A stretch of DNA of 64,000 nt from Coraliomargarita sp. (GCA_965216325.1 OZ244160.1:1984001-2048000), one strand, 5' to 3'; positions 43,527-54,901 are shown, numbered from the stretch's first letter. The notes: a model not told the origin generated them from the sequence alone. A program made the numbers and translations.

Positions 43527-45176
43527 ATGCCTTCTGCTACAAAATCTCCTTTCTCGCCAACGACTGTTCCGTGGCCTGAATTGATTGAAAAACCTCCTAT
43601 GAATTTGCTCGCCAATAGCCCAAGTGCGCTTAGCTGCCAGAAGGCCGCTGAATTTGAATCTCAAGTCCTGAGTAATGAGGCGGCCGCATGGACGGCGATG
43701 AAGCAGGCGGGGCGAGGCATCGCGAGTGCGGTGCAGTTGGACTTCCAAGAACTTCGGGAAGTGCCGCAATACATGCAGATTCTGGTGTTGGTCGGCAAGG
43801 GGAACAACGGTGGCGACGCTTTGATCGCCTGTGGCGAGTTGCTGGCTGACTACCCGCGTGCCAGTGCGACGCTCTTGTTGTTGGAGTCGCCGGATGAGAT
43901 GTCACCGTTGGCGCAGCGCGCGCTGAATCAACTTGAAGGACGTGTGCGCACACATCAGCCGGATTTGTCGAATGGAGCTGAGTCCATCCATCGTTTGCTG
44001 GACAAGATCAGTGATGGCAAGGGCTTTGAAATTTGCATTGATGGTTTGCTGGGGATGGCCTTCAAGGCGCCGCTGCGCGACCATGCTCGTGTGTTGATCA
44101 CGGCCATCAATAGTTATGCCGCGATCGAGCTCCGTGCTGCAGTGGACTTGCCCTCGGGTAAGGGCGATGTCTCGGATGAGATTTACTTTCAAGCAGACTT
44201 CACCTACGCGACTGGTATTCCAAAGTTGCCGATCTTCGATGGTGCGTCGAGTTCGGGGCGGATTCGCACCATTGATCTGGGATTTTATCAGGCAGGTGTG
44301 GATGTGCCCGAGGCGGTTGAGCATGTGCTGAGTGATGATATCCTGCAGCCGCTGCGTCGTCTACGTCATGCGGCGTCGGATAAGCGTGTGTTTGGGCATC
44401 TATTTATTGTAGGTGGTTCGGCGCATATGCCGGGTGCCTTGTTGATGGCGGTGCAAGCTGCCGTGCGCTCCGGGGTGGGGCGGGTGACTGCGTTTGCGCC
44501 TGCTTCAGTTGTGAGTTCCTTGGCGGGGCAGGTGCCTGAAGCGATGTGGGTGCCATGGCCGGAGACCCCGGCTGGCACATTGAATCCACGTGCTATGTCC
44601 TTACTGCTGGATCGCGTTGAGTATGCCGATGCAATTGTTGTGGGTCCTGGTATGGGCCGTGATCGCAATACGGAGCTGGTTGCTCAGGAAATCGTTAAGC
44701 TGGTCGATTGTCCGGTGGTGTTGGATGCCGACGCCCTGCGTGAAAAGGTAATCGATTTTTCCCGGAAACGTCGTGCCCATCAGGGGCCGGTGGTCGTGAC
44801 CCCGCACATGGGTGAGTATATGCGTATGGCCAAGCTGTCGGAGCCGGATTGGTCGAGCAGAGGGCTTATTGCCTTCTGCAAGTCTTACAATTGCCATGCG
44901 GTGTTGAAGGGCCCGCTCACGCAGGTTTGCGATGGCAAGAAGATTTACATCAATACATTTGGTGGTCCGGTGCTCTCGCGTGGAGGCAGTGGTGATCTAC
45001 TTGTCGGCCTAATTGGCGGTATGATCGCGCAGGATTTCGAACAGGTTGCCGACGCAATTGGGCGAGGCTTGGTGTTACACGGATCGGCTGCGGAGCGACT
45101 CGCACGTGAGTTTGGGCAGGTCGCGGTGCATACCACGCGCTTGCTGGAATTCCTGCCCGCAGTTTTGCGAGGCTAG
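43527..45176 (+). CDS. nnr: Bifunctional NAD(P)H-hydrate epimerase/dehydratase
   Basis: GKGNNGGD, DLPSG, GPGMG, DADAL, TPHMGE and GSGDLL motifs; start may be at 43599. Confidence 0.9.
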   Translation: MPSATKSPFSPTTVPWPELIEKPPMNLLANSPSALSCQKAAEFESQVLSNEAAAWTAMKQAGRGIASAVQLDFQELREVPQYMQILVLVGKGNNGGDALIACGELLADYPRASATLLLLESPDEMSPLAQRALNQLEGRVRTHQPDLSNGAESIHRLLDKISDGKGFEICIDGLLGMAFKAPLRDHARVLITAINSYAAIELRAAVDLPSGKGDVSDEIYFQADFTYATGIPKLPIFDGASSSGRIRTIDLGFYQAGVDVPEAVEHVLSDDILQPLRRLRHAASDKRVFGHLFIVGGSAHMPGALLMAVQAAVRSGVGRVTAFAPASVVSSLAGQVPEAMWVPWPETPAGTLNPRAMSLLLDRVEYADAIVVGPGMGRDRNTELVAQEIVKLVDCPVVLDADALREKVIDFSRKRRAHQGPVVVTPHMGEYMRMAKLSEPDWSSRGLIAFCKSYNCHAVLKGPLTQVCDGKKIYINTFGGPVLSRGGSGDLLVGLIGGMIAQDFEQVADAIGRGLVLHGSAAERLAREFGQVAVHTTRLLEFLPAVLRG

Positions 45177-45182
45177 GTAAAG

Positions 45183-45255
45183 GGTAGGGCTCGTTATCCT
45201 TAACGAGCCGTTTACAGTTAAATGGGGCGGTTCGATAGGGATATCGAACCCTACC
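45183..45255. repeat. REP doublet, family B
   Basis: Both arms match those of 13608-13679. Confidence 0.85.
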
Positions 45256-45331
45256 CTTTAATTTGCTGTTAAAGTTTTGAAAATAATCAACTTTAAGTTG
45301 CGTTAGCTATTTTTGTGGAGATCGTGGTGGT

Positions 45332-46456
45332 ATGTCTACTGGTCTCAGTCAGGCGCAGGCGCTTATGGTTCTCAATGCATTGCCGCATGTCGGTCCGGTG
45401 TTGTTGCGGCGACTGATGGATGCGTATGCGGGTGATGCGGTGGCGGTCTTGAATAGCAGTGCGACTAAGTTGACCTCAGTCAAGGGAGTCGGCGACAAGG
45501 CAGCTGAGACTTTAATGGCGTGGTCGGGACGCTTTGATCTCGCGAAGGAGGAGTCGGCTCTGGCGGCTAAAGGAACACGTTTCATAACGCAGCATTGCGC
45601 GGACTTTCCGGAGATGCTGCGCGAGACTTACGATCCGCCGATTGGATTGTATTGGCAGGGTGAATACACCGTGGATCGGCCATGTGTGGCGATTGTAGGT
45701 ACGCGTAAGGCGACACTCTATGGCTTGAGTGTGGCGCGGAAGTTTGGCGCGGAGTTGGCCAAGCTTGGTTTCTGCATCGTCAGTGGTATGGCGCGGGGCA
45801 CGGATACCGCTGCGCATGAAGGTGCACTCAGTGTTGGCGGAAAAACAGTCGCAGTATTCGGATGTGGCTTGGATATCATTTATCCGCCCGAGAATTTAGA
45901 GCTCTACCGTGAAATTGTTGCCAGCGGTGCGGTGGCGAGTGAGTTTCCTTTCGGTCGTCGCGCGGATCGACAGACCTTCCCCATGCGCAATCGCGTGGTT
46001 GCGGGCATGTCCGAAGCTGTGATCGTGATCGAAAGTGATAAGGCGGGCGGCAGTATGATTACGGCGCGCTTTGCCGGGGAGCAGGGGCGGCAGCTGCTTG
46101 CAGTTCCGGGGCGCATTGACCAAGCGAGCAGTGCAGGCTGTCATCAGCTGATTCGTGATGGCGCCACCATGGTCACCTCAGTGGACGACATTCTAGAGGA
46201 GTTGCGTTACCGCCGAGTGGAGCCCCAGGAGCAGGAGTTGGATTTGGGTGAGGTTTCTCAGTCAGCACCTCCTGCAAATCTGAGTGCGGACGAACAGCAG
46301 GTGTTGGAGATGTTCCGTGGTGGCTCGCTCTTCTCGCCGGATGCATTGGCTGAGCAACTCGGCAAGCCGATCCCAATGGTCTCAGCGGCACTGATGGGCT
46401 TGGAGTTGAAGCGACGCATCGTGAAACGTGCGGATGGTCGTTTTGAGGCGAGATAA
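45332..46456 (+). CDS. dprA: DNA-processing protein DprA
   Basis: VAIVGTR, SGMARGTDTAAH, FPMRNR and GCHQLIRDGA motifs. Confidence 0.95.
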   Translation: MSTGLSQAQALMVLNALPHVGPVLLRRLMDAYAGDAVAVLNSSATKLTSVKGVGDKAAETLMAWSGRFDLAKEESALAAKGTRFITQHCADFPEMLRETYDPPIGLYWQGEYTVDRPCVAIVGTRKATLYGLSVARKFGAELAKLGFCIVSGMARGTDTAAHEGALSVGGKTVAVFGCGLDIIYPPENLELYREIVASGAVASEFPFGRRADRQTFPMRNRVVAGMSEAVIVIESDKAGGSMITARFAGEQGRQLLAVPGRIDQASSAGCHQLIRDGATMVTSVDDILEELRYRRVEPQEQELDLGEVSQSAPPANLSADEQQVLEMFRGGSLFSPDALAEQLGKPIPMVSAALMGLELKRRIVKRADGRFEAR

Positions 46457-46618
46457 GTGGAGGGTGATTTTAATTGTGGCCCGCGAAGTCACGCTAAGAA
46501 ACGCGAAGCTTGCAGTGGACTTAACAATGGATGGGAAACTTTAGCGTATTCTTCGCGAACCTTCGCGGGCAATTTTTACGCAGTTGCGTGTTGAGTTGTT
46601 TACTGCTGAATCGTCTCT

Positions 46619-47365
46619 GTGAATTTAATCCTCTTTAATGAGCCCTTTGAGCAAACCCGCTTGGAAGCGGACGACCCGCGTGCGAAGCACATCCGAAAAG
46701 TGCTGCGTGCCCAGGTCGGGACCAAAGTTTTTCTTGGCTTTGTGAATGGTCTGCGTGCTCGCGCAGAGGTGGCAGCACTGCCGGAGGATGGATCGGTCTT
46801 TCTTGAAGTGGTGGGCACCGAGGCGGCACCGAAACCACTGCCGATTACTTTGCTGATTGGCCTACCTCGACCCCACACCGCAAAACGAATTCTCTTCGAG
46901 GCGGCGAGTCTTGGGGTGCAGAAGATGTTCTTCTTCGAAGCGGAGCGAGGTGAGCCTTCGTATGCGCAGAGTAGTCTATGGACCAGCAATGAGTGGCAGG
47001 AGCGCCTGCACTTGGGGGTGGAGCAATCGTTTGGCACGCATATTCCGGAGGTGGCGATGTTTCCCGATCTACAGACTGCCCTCAGCATGCTTTACGAGGT
47101 GCCAGTTCGTGTCGCTTTGGACAATTACGAAGCTGCTGGATCGCTGAATGCGACTTTGCCGGAATCCGCCGATTCGCTGGTGCTGGCTTTTGGGCCGGAG
47201 CGTGGCTGGTCGCCGAACGAGCGTGATTCCCTCCGTAACAATGGCTGGAAACTCGCGCACCTTGGCCCACATGTCTTGCGTGCCGAGACCGCGACGGTTG
47301 CTGCAGTGAGCGCTGCTGCCGCACCGCTTGGCTATTGGCAGGAGCAGACCGCCACCGAGCTCTAA
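46619..47365 (+). CDS. rsmE: 16S rRNA m3U1498 methyltransferase
   Basis: HIRKVLR, GPERGWS and LG..VLRAETA motifs. Confidence 0.9.
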   Translation: MNLILFNEPFEQTRLEADDPRAKHIRKVLRAQVGTKVFLGFVNGLRARAEVAALPEDGSVFLEVVGTEAAPKPLPITLLIGLPRPHTAKRILFEAASLGVQKMFFFEAERGEPSYAQSSLWTSNEWQERLHLGVEQSFGTHIPEVAMFPDLQTALSMLYEVPVRVALDNYEAAGSLNATLPESADSLVLAFGPERGWSPNERDSLRNNGWKLAHLGPHVLRAETATVAAVSAAAAPLGYWQEQTATEL

Positions 47366-48315
47366 GACTGCTGAATCAGCTTTAGGTCAGGGCGGAGCTT
47401 GAGCACAGCATACAGTTGTTGCTCATTGGCAAATGAAAGCCCAGTTGACAGTGCATCCGCTTCAGTCGCGGTTGGCGCGATCACACTTAGGCTGCTCCAT
47501 TGGGTTGTCGGGCGCCCGGTCTTGGGATGAATCAGGTGATGGAAACGTCCATCGTTGGAGAAGGTGCTGCCATAGCCACCGCTGGTGGCAAGGGCTTGGT
47601 TATCGAGCTCGGCGACATCGAAGAATTGGGTTGAGTTCGTGGCTTTTTGGATGCCGATATTCCAGGGGCGCTGTTCTGGGTGTGGCCCGATGGCGCGAGT
47701 TTCGCCGAGTTCAACAAGCACATTGCGATAGCCTGTTTCGTGGAGGATTTCGGTTACGCGGTCGGTGATGTAGCCTTGTGCAATGCCATTAAGGCTGAGT
47801 TGCACACCTGCTTGTGCGAAGCGGACCTGCTTGGTGTCGAACTCGACATGATGCCAGCCAACTCGTGCAAGCGGCGCTTCAAGGCCTTGGTTGTTTGGCC
47901 CGGTTGTTCGCTCAGGTGCTTGCTTGAAGTGTTTGGCGTAGGCCTCCCAAAGGGGCTGAATGGTTGGATCGAACAGCCCATCTGTTAGGCGATTCGCGGA
48001 CTCGACCGACTGAAGGATGGCATGCCAGTCGTTGGACGCATTGAGGAGGATTCCGTTGTGGTTGAGTCGGCGTATCTCGGAGTCTTCCTGATAGAGACTG
48101 AATACGGACTCGAGGCGATGGATCTCAGCGGTGCAGCGATCAAGCACGGCCTGTGCTTTGGCTGGCTGATCGGTGTAGAGTGTGAAACTGCCTTCGGCGC
48201 CCATCGTATAGCCCGACCATGTGACGGGTTGCAGCGTGCTCGCTTGTGCCGCACGGCTGAGGCTTAGGCCAGCAGAACTGGTCGCGAGAATCTGAATGAA
48301 GCGTCGGCGGTTCAT
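47362..48315 (-). CDS. apbE: FAD:protein FMN transferase with Tat signal
   Basis: MNRRRF N-terminus; FDPTI, LNGIAQG, ATSGGY, HLIHPKTG and ADALST motifs. Confidence 0.9.
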   Translation of the reverse strand: MNRRRFIQILATSSAGLSLSRAAQASTLQPVTWSGYTMGAEGSFTLYTDQPAKAQAVLDRCTAEIHRLESVFSLYQEDSEIRRLNHNGILLNASNDWHAILQSVESANRLTDGLFDPTIQPLWEAYAKHFKQAPERTTGPNNQGLEAPLARVGWHHVEFDTKQVRFAQAGVQLSLNGIAQGYITDRVTEILHETGYRNVLVELGETRAIGPHPEQRPWNIGIQKATNSTQFFDVAELDNQALATSGGYGSTFSNDGRFHHLIHPKTGRPTTQWSSLSVIAPTATEADALSTGLSFANEQQLYAVLKLRPDLKLIQQS

Positions 48316-48317
48316 AC

Positions 48318-49084
48318 TTATTGGGCGGCTCCGTAACGTGGTTTGCGACGAGACTTACGGAGCCAGCCGCCGATGCCAGAGGCAACTAGGAGCAAGATCG
48401 CAATCGCGGTGAGGTCCATGAGGGTGCGGCCACCCCAGCCGAAGAGTCGTCCTGCGTGTAAATCGAGGAGGACGCGATACAGTGTGACGCCTTCGCCTTG
48501 GAAGCTTTTGAGTAGTTGTGCGCGTGCCTCGTCGCTAAGCTTAATCTTGGGGAGTGCGGCGACTTGGTAGCTGCCGGAATAGGGCGTGAAGTCGAGCCAG
48601 TTGCTGTCGGTGCTGTAGCTGCCCTCTGAGCTTGCTAGGATCGCATGTCCTTCCGGGGCAGTGCCGAGCGCAGTTAGATCCGGAAAGGGGAGCTGCTCGA
48701 TGGAGATGCTTTCGATTAGTTCGCCAGTCGGAGTGATATAAATGAGGCGTTTGGGACAGGCGATGACGGTGATCGGCTCACCTTCCAGAATGCCAATGGG
48801 TTGCTCGCCTGTGGAGAGGGGCTTGGAGTTGTAGAAAAGCTGCCCTGCAATAGATGACAGTGTATTGGAACCGTGGATACGGTAGCTCTGAATGCTGGAT
48901 TCGCTCTCCATCCCGTAGCGTTTCAGAATCAATCCATTGCGTACTTGAATTTGGTTCAGTCCGAGGCGCTCAGTGTGATTGAGGATGAGGCCCGTCACCG
49001 AGAGCACGACGAGAAAGAATGCTGCGGCGAGGCCCATCCAGCGGTGCCAGGCAAGGATGGTGCGCTTGCGTGGGAGTTGGAAGT

Positions 49085-49088
<4 letters not shown>
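48318..49088 (-). CDS. PepSY-associated TM helix protein
   Basis: WHRWMG, TGLILNH and LDLHAGR motifs. Confidence 0.85.
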
Positions 49089-49612
<524 letters not shown>

Positions 49613-49686
49613 TCCTCTGAGGCGAAAGCGGCAAGATGCCGCTTCTACTTTAACTGTCGTTCGAGGGCGCATGAAGGATTCTTACC

Positions 49687-49724
49687 AAAAAAGCCGGTGC
49701 TCACACTGACTGCAAGCACCGGCT
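49687..49724 (-). terminator. Terminator or stabilising hairpin after the porin gene
   Basis: Minus strand AGCCGGTGCT...AGCACCGGCT followed by a T tract. Confidence 0.7.
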
Positions 49725-49746
49725 CGGATAAACACACTATGAAAGT

Positions 49747-51057
49747 TTAGAATTGGTAGCCGAAACCAAGGTTCCAAGCGTAGTCACCTTTGGTGCCGAG
49801 CTTGTCGGATTCGGAGATGTCTTGGATGTCGAGCTTGAAGACGACGTTCTCAACAGGCCAGTAGTTGATGCCGGCTTCGATGATGTCGTTTTCAACTAAG
49901 CCGCCGTCTTTTTCGCGGAAGTAATCGAACTGACTGTAGCGGGCATAGATGCCTAGTTCGCCATACTTCTCGCTAAAGCGCCAGCGGTAGGATGGTTCGA
50001 TGAAGAAGCCTTCTTGCTCTTCCGCGTCGGAGTCGATGTCGCCGCTTAGGTCCCAGCGTGCATAGAGCGCCTTGATCTGGAAGTTGTCCCAGCCATAGAT
50101 GACGTGCGCAGTGCTGAGCAGGCCGGAGTAGTCCTCGTCTGTGCTTTGGTCGAGGTCGTCTTGGTAGAAGAGGGAACCTGCGAGCTCAAGACCAGCGATA
50201 CCTGTGTATTTTACGCGGCCAGTGATTGCAGCTTCTTCGAGAGGTGCTTGAGAGACCTTTTGGCGGCCGCCACGGATGTAACCGGTGTCGCCGTCGGTAT
50301 CCAGACCTGATGTAATCGCGCCGTCGACAGCAACTCCGTTTGAGAATGCGTAGCTAGCCTTTGCGCCACCTTCCCACCATGTGGTCGGGATGATGTATTT
50401 TTCGACGTTGTTACGCTCAACACCATAGAAGGTGTTTGGCTCGTGGGTTTCGTTGGTAATGCCAATTGGCAGAATGAAGAGGCCGGTGTCGGTGCTGAAC
50501 TGATCGGTCCAGTCCATGCGGACGAAGGCTTGTTCAAGCTCAACCTCACCGTTCTTGTCGTCGCCGGAGAGGCTGTGCTCAAGCTCAAGCTCGGTGTAAA
50601 GCGTGATCCAGTCGTTGTATTCGTGGTTTACGAAGAGCACGAAGCGGTGGAAGTCGATTTCGTTGTCAGCATCTTCGTAGAAATTCGCGTGGAGTTCACC
50701 GTAACCACCGACAGAAGTCTTTTCCCACCAGCCGCCTGCGAAGGCAGAGCCAGCTTCTTCGACGGCGAGTGTGGTTGCTTCAAGCTGCTGTTGTGTGGAC
50801 TTGAGCTCTTCGCGAGCTGCGCTGGCTTCAGCCTTGGCTGCGCTGGCTTCGGCCTTCGCGGCTGCGATCTCGGTGCTAGAGGCGGTGACTGCCTGCTGGT
50901 TGTTTTTGATCAGCGCAGTCAGCTCTTCGATTTGCTTCTGTTGCATCTGGATGATCTTCCACATCTCTGCTTGAGAGGGCATTTCATCCGCAGGGAGCGG
51001 TAATGCGCAGGTCACGCCAAGAATGGCGGTGATCAGGAGAGTTTTGAGTTTATTCAT
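49747..51057 (-). CDS. Outer membrane porin-like protein with N-terminal coiled coil
   Basis: GGYGELH, DFHRFVLF, ELEH and NETHEP..FYGVERN segments; C-terminal GYQF. Confidence 0.75.
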   Translation of the reverse strand: MNKLKTLLITAILGVTCALPLPADEMPSQAEMWKIIQMQQKQIEELTALIKNNQQAVTASSTEIAAAKAEASAAKAEASAAREELKSTQQQLEATTLAVEEAGSAFAGGWWEKTSVGGYGELHANFYEDADNEIDFHRFVLFVNHEYNDWITLYTELELEHSLSGDDKNGEVELEQAFVRMDWTDQFSTDTGLFILPIGITNETHEPNTFYGVERNNVEKYIIPTTWWEGGAKASYAFSNGVAVDGAITSGLDTDGDTGYIRGGRQKVSQAPLEEAAITGRVKYTGIAGLELAGSLFYQDDLDQSTDEDYSGLLSTAHVIYGWDNFQIKALYARWDLSGDIDSDAEEQEGFFIEPSYRWRFSEKYGELGIYARYSQFDYFREKDGGLVENDIIEAGINYWPVENVVFKLDIQDISESDKLGTKGDYAWNLGFGYQF

Positions 51058-51478
51058 GAGATTGTTGTCTAGTTTGTAAAATTAGACGAACAAACTACCA
51101 GAAGGTGGCTTGGTATTTCTGCCCCATTTGGGAGCAAAAATACCCGAAAACGTGAAAATACCCCGAACGGGGGCATTGGGAGACAGAGTATTCTCTCGGT
51201 TATCTGATACCGAATGGAATAAGATTTGGAATGGTAGCGCAGCCGCGTCCTCGCGGCGCACCGTAAGGTTGGGGGGGGCGGTAGGCTAGGGGCTACGGCC
51301 GTTTGGGCAGGTTCAAGGTCCTGCGTGTGTCGAATGGCTGGGCAGTGTCCTGATGCGGAGCCGGAGGCTCCTGCGCTACCTTTTTGAGAGCGCCAGCGCT
51401 ATCAAAACTGCAATCTAACAAAGTCAGACCTTTCTTGAAGTGGTATAGGCGGCAACGACGGAGCGTTGCCCTCCATTT

Positions 51479-52831
51479 TTACTGAGCAGCGACCACCTTT
51501 TCGATGCTGGCCATGAATTGGGCGACATCGGGGCGTTTCTTGATGCGCTGGCTTTTCTGTAAGTGCTTCAAGGCTTCTTTGAATTTGGCCTGTGCGACGT
51601 CGGTGCGAGCGAGGCCGATAAGGGCGTTGATCTGTGCTTCGGGTACGGAGGTGGCGCGCTCAAAATAGAAGGTGGCTTCTTCGTAGGCGTCGCGGTTGAG
51701 CTGCACTTCGGCCATGAGCAGGAGGGCATCGCCATGTAGCGGTTGTTCCTTGAGGATGCCTTCCAGTTGAGCGAGGCCCTGTTCCGCGTCGCCTGTAGCG
51801 ATTTGTAGTTGTGCATCGAATACACGTTTTTCGGCCATTTGCTCTGGGCTAAGTGTCGATGTTAGCTTGCGTTCGATTAGGTCGAGATACTCGCGAGCTT
51901 CGGCATAGAGACTGAGTTGCATCAAGCGGCGCAGTGGCTTGAGTGCTTGTTCCGGTTTCGCGTTGGGATCCTGTTGGAGAGCCGATTTGTAATTATTCAG
52001 TGCGAGATTGTAGGCATCCACGCTGAGATAGAGGTCGCCGAGCAGGCTGAGGCTGGAGGCGGCTGGTGGTTGAACGCTATGTGCTATCTCCAGATTGGCG
52101 ATGGCATCGCTGAGCTGCTCTTGCGAGAGGTAGCCGTTGGCTTGGAAGAGCCAGAAGTCTTGTTCGTTCGGGTTTTCCGCGATCAATTCGTCGAACAGTG
52201 CAATGGCGGGGCCGATTTGCTCGGTCATCAGTAAGCACTGGGCTTCACCGCGGCGCACGTCGAGGCTGTCGGGAAGAAACATGCGGGCGAGTTGGTAGGC
52301 ACTGAGTGCGGACTGATACTTTTCCTGAGTGAGGTAGGCGTAGGCGAGCATGCTGTAGCTCTGGCCGTCGCCGCCACCGAGTTCGATCACACGCAGCAGG
52401 TGCTTGATGGCATCGTTGCTGCGGTCTTGTTGAATGTAGATTAGCGAGAGGTTGCGGTGTGCGCGGCGGAAGTCCGGGAACTTCTTGAGCGCGGCTTTCA
52501 AGTAGGTGGCTGCGCTGCTGTAGTTGCCTTGGGTGTAGTAGAGGCTGCCGACCAAGTAATCGAAGGCGGCATTGCTGTCGGCGGTGATGCCTTGCTTCGC
52601 CAGCTCGATGGCCTTGCTGGCGTTGTTCTTTAAATACGGCTCAATCGATTCGTAGAGTGGGCGGTCCTCCTGAGAGAGTTTGGGCTCGATCGCGGAGTTG
52701 ATGCCGAAGCTGCCGTAGAAGCGCTGCTTGAATTCAGGGCTGCCGGGATTGGTGTCGACCAAGTCAAAGGTAGGCGATGCATGGAGCGAAACTACGAGCG
52801 TGCTGGTGATAATGAGGATGTTGCGGATCAT
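51479..52831 (-). CDS. Tetratricopeptide repeat protein (TonB-system associated)
   Basis: Signal peptide and multiple TPR-like helical repeats; downstream of tonB. Confidence 0.8.
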   Translation of the reverse strand: MIRNILIITSTLVVSLHASPTFDLVDTNPGSPEFKQRFYGSFGINSAIEPKLSQEDRPLYESIEPYLKNNASKAIELAKQGITADSNAAFDYLVGSLYYTQGNYSSAATYLKAALKKFPDFRRAHRNLSLIYIQQDRSNDAIKHLLRVIELGGGDGQSYSMLAYAYLTQEKYQSALSAYQLARMFLPDSLDVRRGEAQCLLMTEQIGPAIALFDELIAENPNEQDFWLFQANGYLSQEQLSDAIANLEIAHSVQPPAASSLSLLGDLYLSVDAYNLALNNYKSALQQDPNAKPEQALKPLRRLMQLSLYAEAREYLDLIERKLTSTLSPEQMAEKRVFDAQLQIATGDAEQGLAQLEGILKEQPLHGDALLLMAEVQLNRDAYEEATFYFERATSVPEAQINALIGLARTDVAQAKFKEALKHLQKSQRIKKRPDVAQFMASIEKVVAAQ

Positions 52832-53002
52832 TTTGAAACGTGGTCAGAAGGTAGGGCTCGTTATCCTTAACGAGCCGTTGTGCTGTGGGCGGAGACCCCT
52901 CCCATCTGGCAAGCAGATGACCTCCCCTTGGCAGGGGAGCAGCTTTCTTGGAAACTGTAATGAGTGGTGCCTGTGGACATGATAAACGTATTCGAAAATT
53001 AA

Positions 53003-53668
53003 CTACGGTGCGCGGAGCACGATGGGCCACTCGCCGCGCACGGGCTTGGGTTCACCATTGACGGTGGGGGGTGTGAAGCGGGCCTGACGGATGACGTCTT
53101 TGGCGGCGGGAATGAGTCCGGGGTCAGTTGCTGAAATGACCTCGAGCACTCTGGCGCGGCCTTTCGGGTCAATGAGAATTTTGACGACGACACGGCCTTC
53201 GCGGACGCCCTTGCGGATCAGGTCTCGCGGGTAGCTGATACGTGGGCGATTAATGATGCGCGGAGCGCTTTGCAGGTCAGCGAAAGTAAACAGCTTTTGA
53301 ATGTCGCCGACGGCGTTGACCTCGGTGCTGAAGCCACCGTTGCTGACACCCATTCTAATGGCGTCGCCGATGCTTGGGTTGAGTGAGAGCTCAAGCTGAC
53401 TGAGGCTGAAATCTTGAAATTGCTCTTCGAATTCAGGCTTCGGTTCGGGCTCGCTTTGCAGAACTTCTTCGGGTGCAGGCGGCGTGACGACCGGTGCGGG
53501 CGGTGTAATGGTAACCGCTTCGCGGAAATCCAACATCTGGCTGCGCTGGCTATCCAGATGTTGCGTGATCGGGATGAGCAGAAAGACCAACAGCGCGAGC
53601 ACGATGGAGCCACCGAGTGCAATGGGCACACGGGCTTTGGTCTCTGCTGCTGGTAATGTGCTGCTCAT
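53003..53668 (-). CDS. tonB: Energy transducer TonB
   Basis: N-terminal TM helix, Pro-rich linker, YP...G.V C-terminal domain. Confidence 0.85.
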   Translation of the reverse strand: MSSTLPAAETKARVPIALGGSIVLALLVFLLIPITQHLDSQRSQMLDFREAVTITPPAPVVTPPAPEEVLQSEPEPKPEFEEQFQDFSLSQLELSLNPSIGDAIRMGVSNGGFSTEVNAVGDIQKLFTFADLQSAPRIINRPRISYPRDLIRKGVREGRVVVKILIDPKGRARVLEVISATDPGLIPAAKDVIRQARFTPPTVNGEPKPVRGEWPIVLRAP

Positions 53669-53742
53669 GGATTGTTGAACCGTTAATTGACGCTAATTGA
53701 CGTTAATTTTTCTTGCTGGATCGTGATGCTAGAAATTCGTGC

Positions 53743-53783
53743 TGTCCTCTGTCCTCTGTCCTCTGTCCTCTGTCCTCTGTCCT
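53743..53783. repeat. Heptanucleotide tandem repeat (TGTCCTC)x5 plus partial copy
   Basis: Counted directly; lies between exbD and tonB. Confidence 0.95.
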
Positions 53784-54190
53784 TATCGAGTGGTCGCTAG
53801 ATGAATACTGTCGGCTCCTGCCAGTGCCGCTTCGTCGTGCACTTTGGTGTAGAGTTCTACAGAGGCAGACTTGTCTGCTTGAATGATGACGGGCATGTCG
53901 GGCTCGCGTTGGAGGAGGCGCTTTACGGTGCCGCGCACGCCGTTGCTGCCGATCTCGTTGCCGCCGTAGACAACTTTGCCGTCTTCAGTGATCGCGATCA
54001 GGATGGAGTTCTTTTCCAGATCGGTGGCGGATGCGGCTTCGGGGCGCTGGACATCGACACCGGTTTCTTCGACGAAGACGGTGGTGACGATGAAGAAGAT
54101 TAATAGGATGAAGACGATATCGATCAAGGGCGAGACGTTGATTTCGTCGGCCTTCTGCGATTGGGAGAAAATGAGTCTGCGTGATTTCAT
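53783..54190 (-). CDS. exbD: Biopolymer transport protein ExbD
   Basis: [21 protein letters not shown] and IQADK motifs. Confidence 0.93.
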   Translation of the reverse strand: MKSRRLIFSQSQKADEINVSPLIDIVFILLIFFIVTTVFVEETGVDVQRPEAASATDLEKNSILIAITEDGKVVYGGNEIGSNGVRGTVKRLLQREPDMPVIIQADKSASVELYTKVHDEAALAGADSIHLATTR

Positions 54191-54783
54191 CTGGAGGCGA
54201 GGGTCACGTTGTAATATTCGAGGCGCGCGATGCAGCGTTCGAGCTGGTTGCGGCGTTGGATGATAAAGGACAGCACGACGAGTGCTGGAATCGAGACCAG
54301 TAAGCCTGTCTGTGTGGTGATCAGGGCTTCGGAGATGCCTTCGATCATGTTGTCAAATTTGGTGCCGCTTTCGGCGACCATGCCGCTGAAGGTTGCAAGC
54401 ATTCCGGTGACCGTGCCGAGCAGGCCGACGAGTGGACCGGCGGTGATCACAATCGCAAGAAAGCGAATACGGCGGTTGATGGTCGGCAGGTATTCCTGGC
54501 GCACTTCCTGAAAGTGGCGGCGCACTTCGATGGTGGATTGCGGGTCGGGTAGAATCAGGCCGCGTAAGATGCTGTGCTGGATGTTGACCTCTTTGCTAAT
54601 GTCCTCGTCGGAGAGTCGGTAGACTTTACTGCGCAGCAGGAAATGCAGGCGTAGGCGCAGGTAAAGATCCAGTGCGGTGTAATACATGAAGACCGCGAGC
54701 ACGAATAGGGGCAGCATCAACCAGCCACCGTCGGTCCAGACGGTGAGGGCTTCTTGGTATAGACTGCTTGGGCTGTCGAGCAT
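54187..54783 (-). CDS. exbB: MotA/TolQ/ExbB proton channel protein
   Basis: [12 protein letters not shown] and [13 protein letters not shown] motifs. Confidence 0.9.
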   Translation of the reverse strand: MLDSPSSLYQEALTVWTDGGWLMLPLFVLAVFMYYTALDLYLRLRLHFLLRSKVYRLSDEDISKEVNIQHSILRGLILPDPQSTIEVRRHFQEVRQEYLPTINRRIRFLAIVITAGPLVGLLGTVTGMLATFSGMVAESGTKFDNMIEGISEALITTQTGLLVSIPALVVLSFIIQRRNQLERCIARLEYYNVTLASR

Positions 54784-54901
54784 TGTATGGGTGCGGAGCG
54801 GGACGCTCCTGCGCTACCTTTGATTTGTTTCTTGTAGGGCTCGTGCTTGCACGATGCCGGCGCTTTGCAAGCAAAGGCCCTACGGTTGAGTTTTAATGAG
54901 A

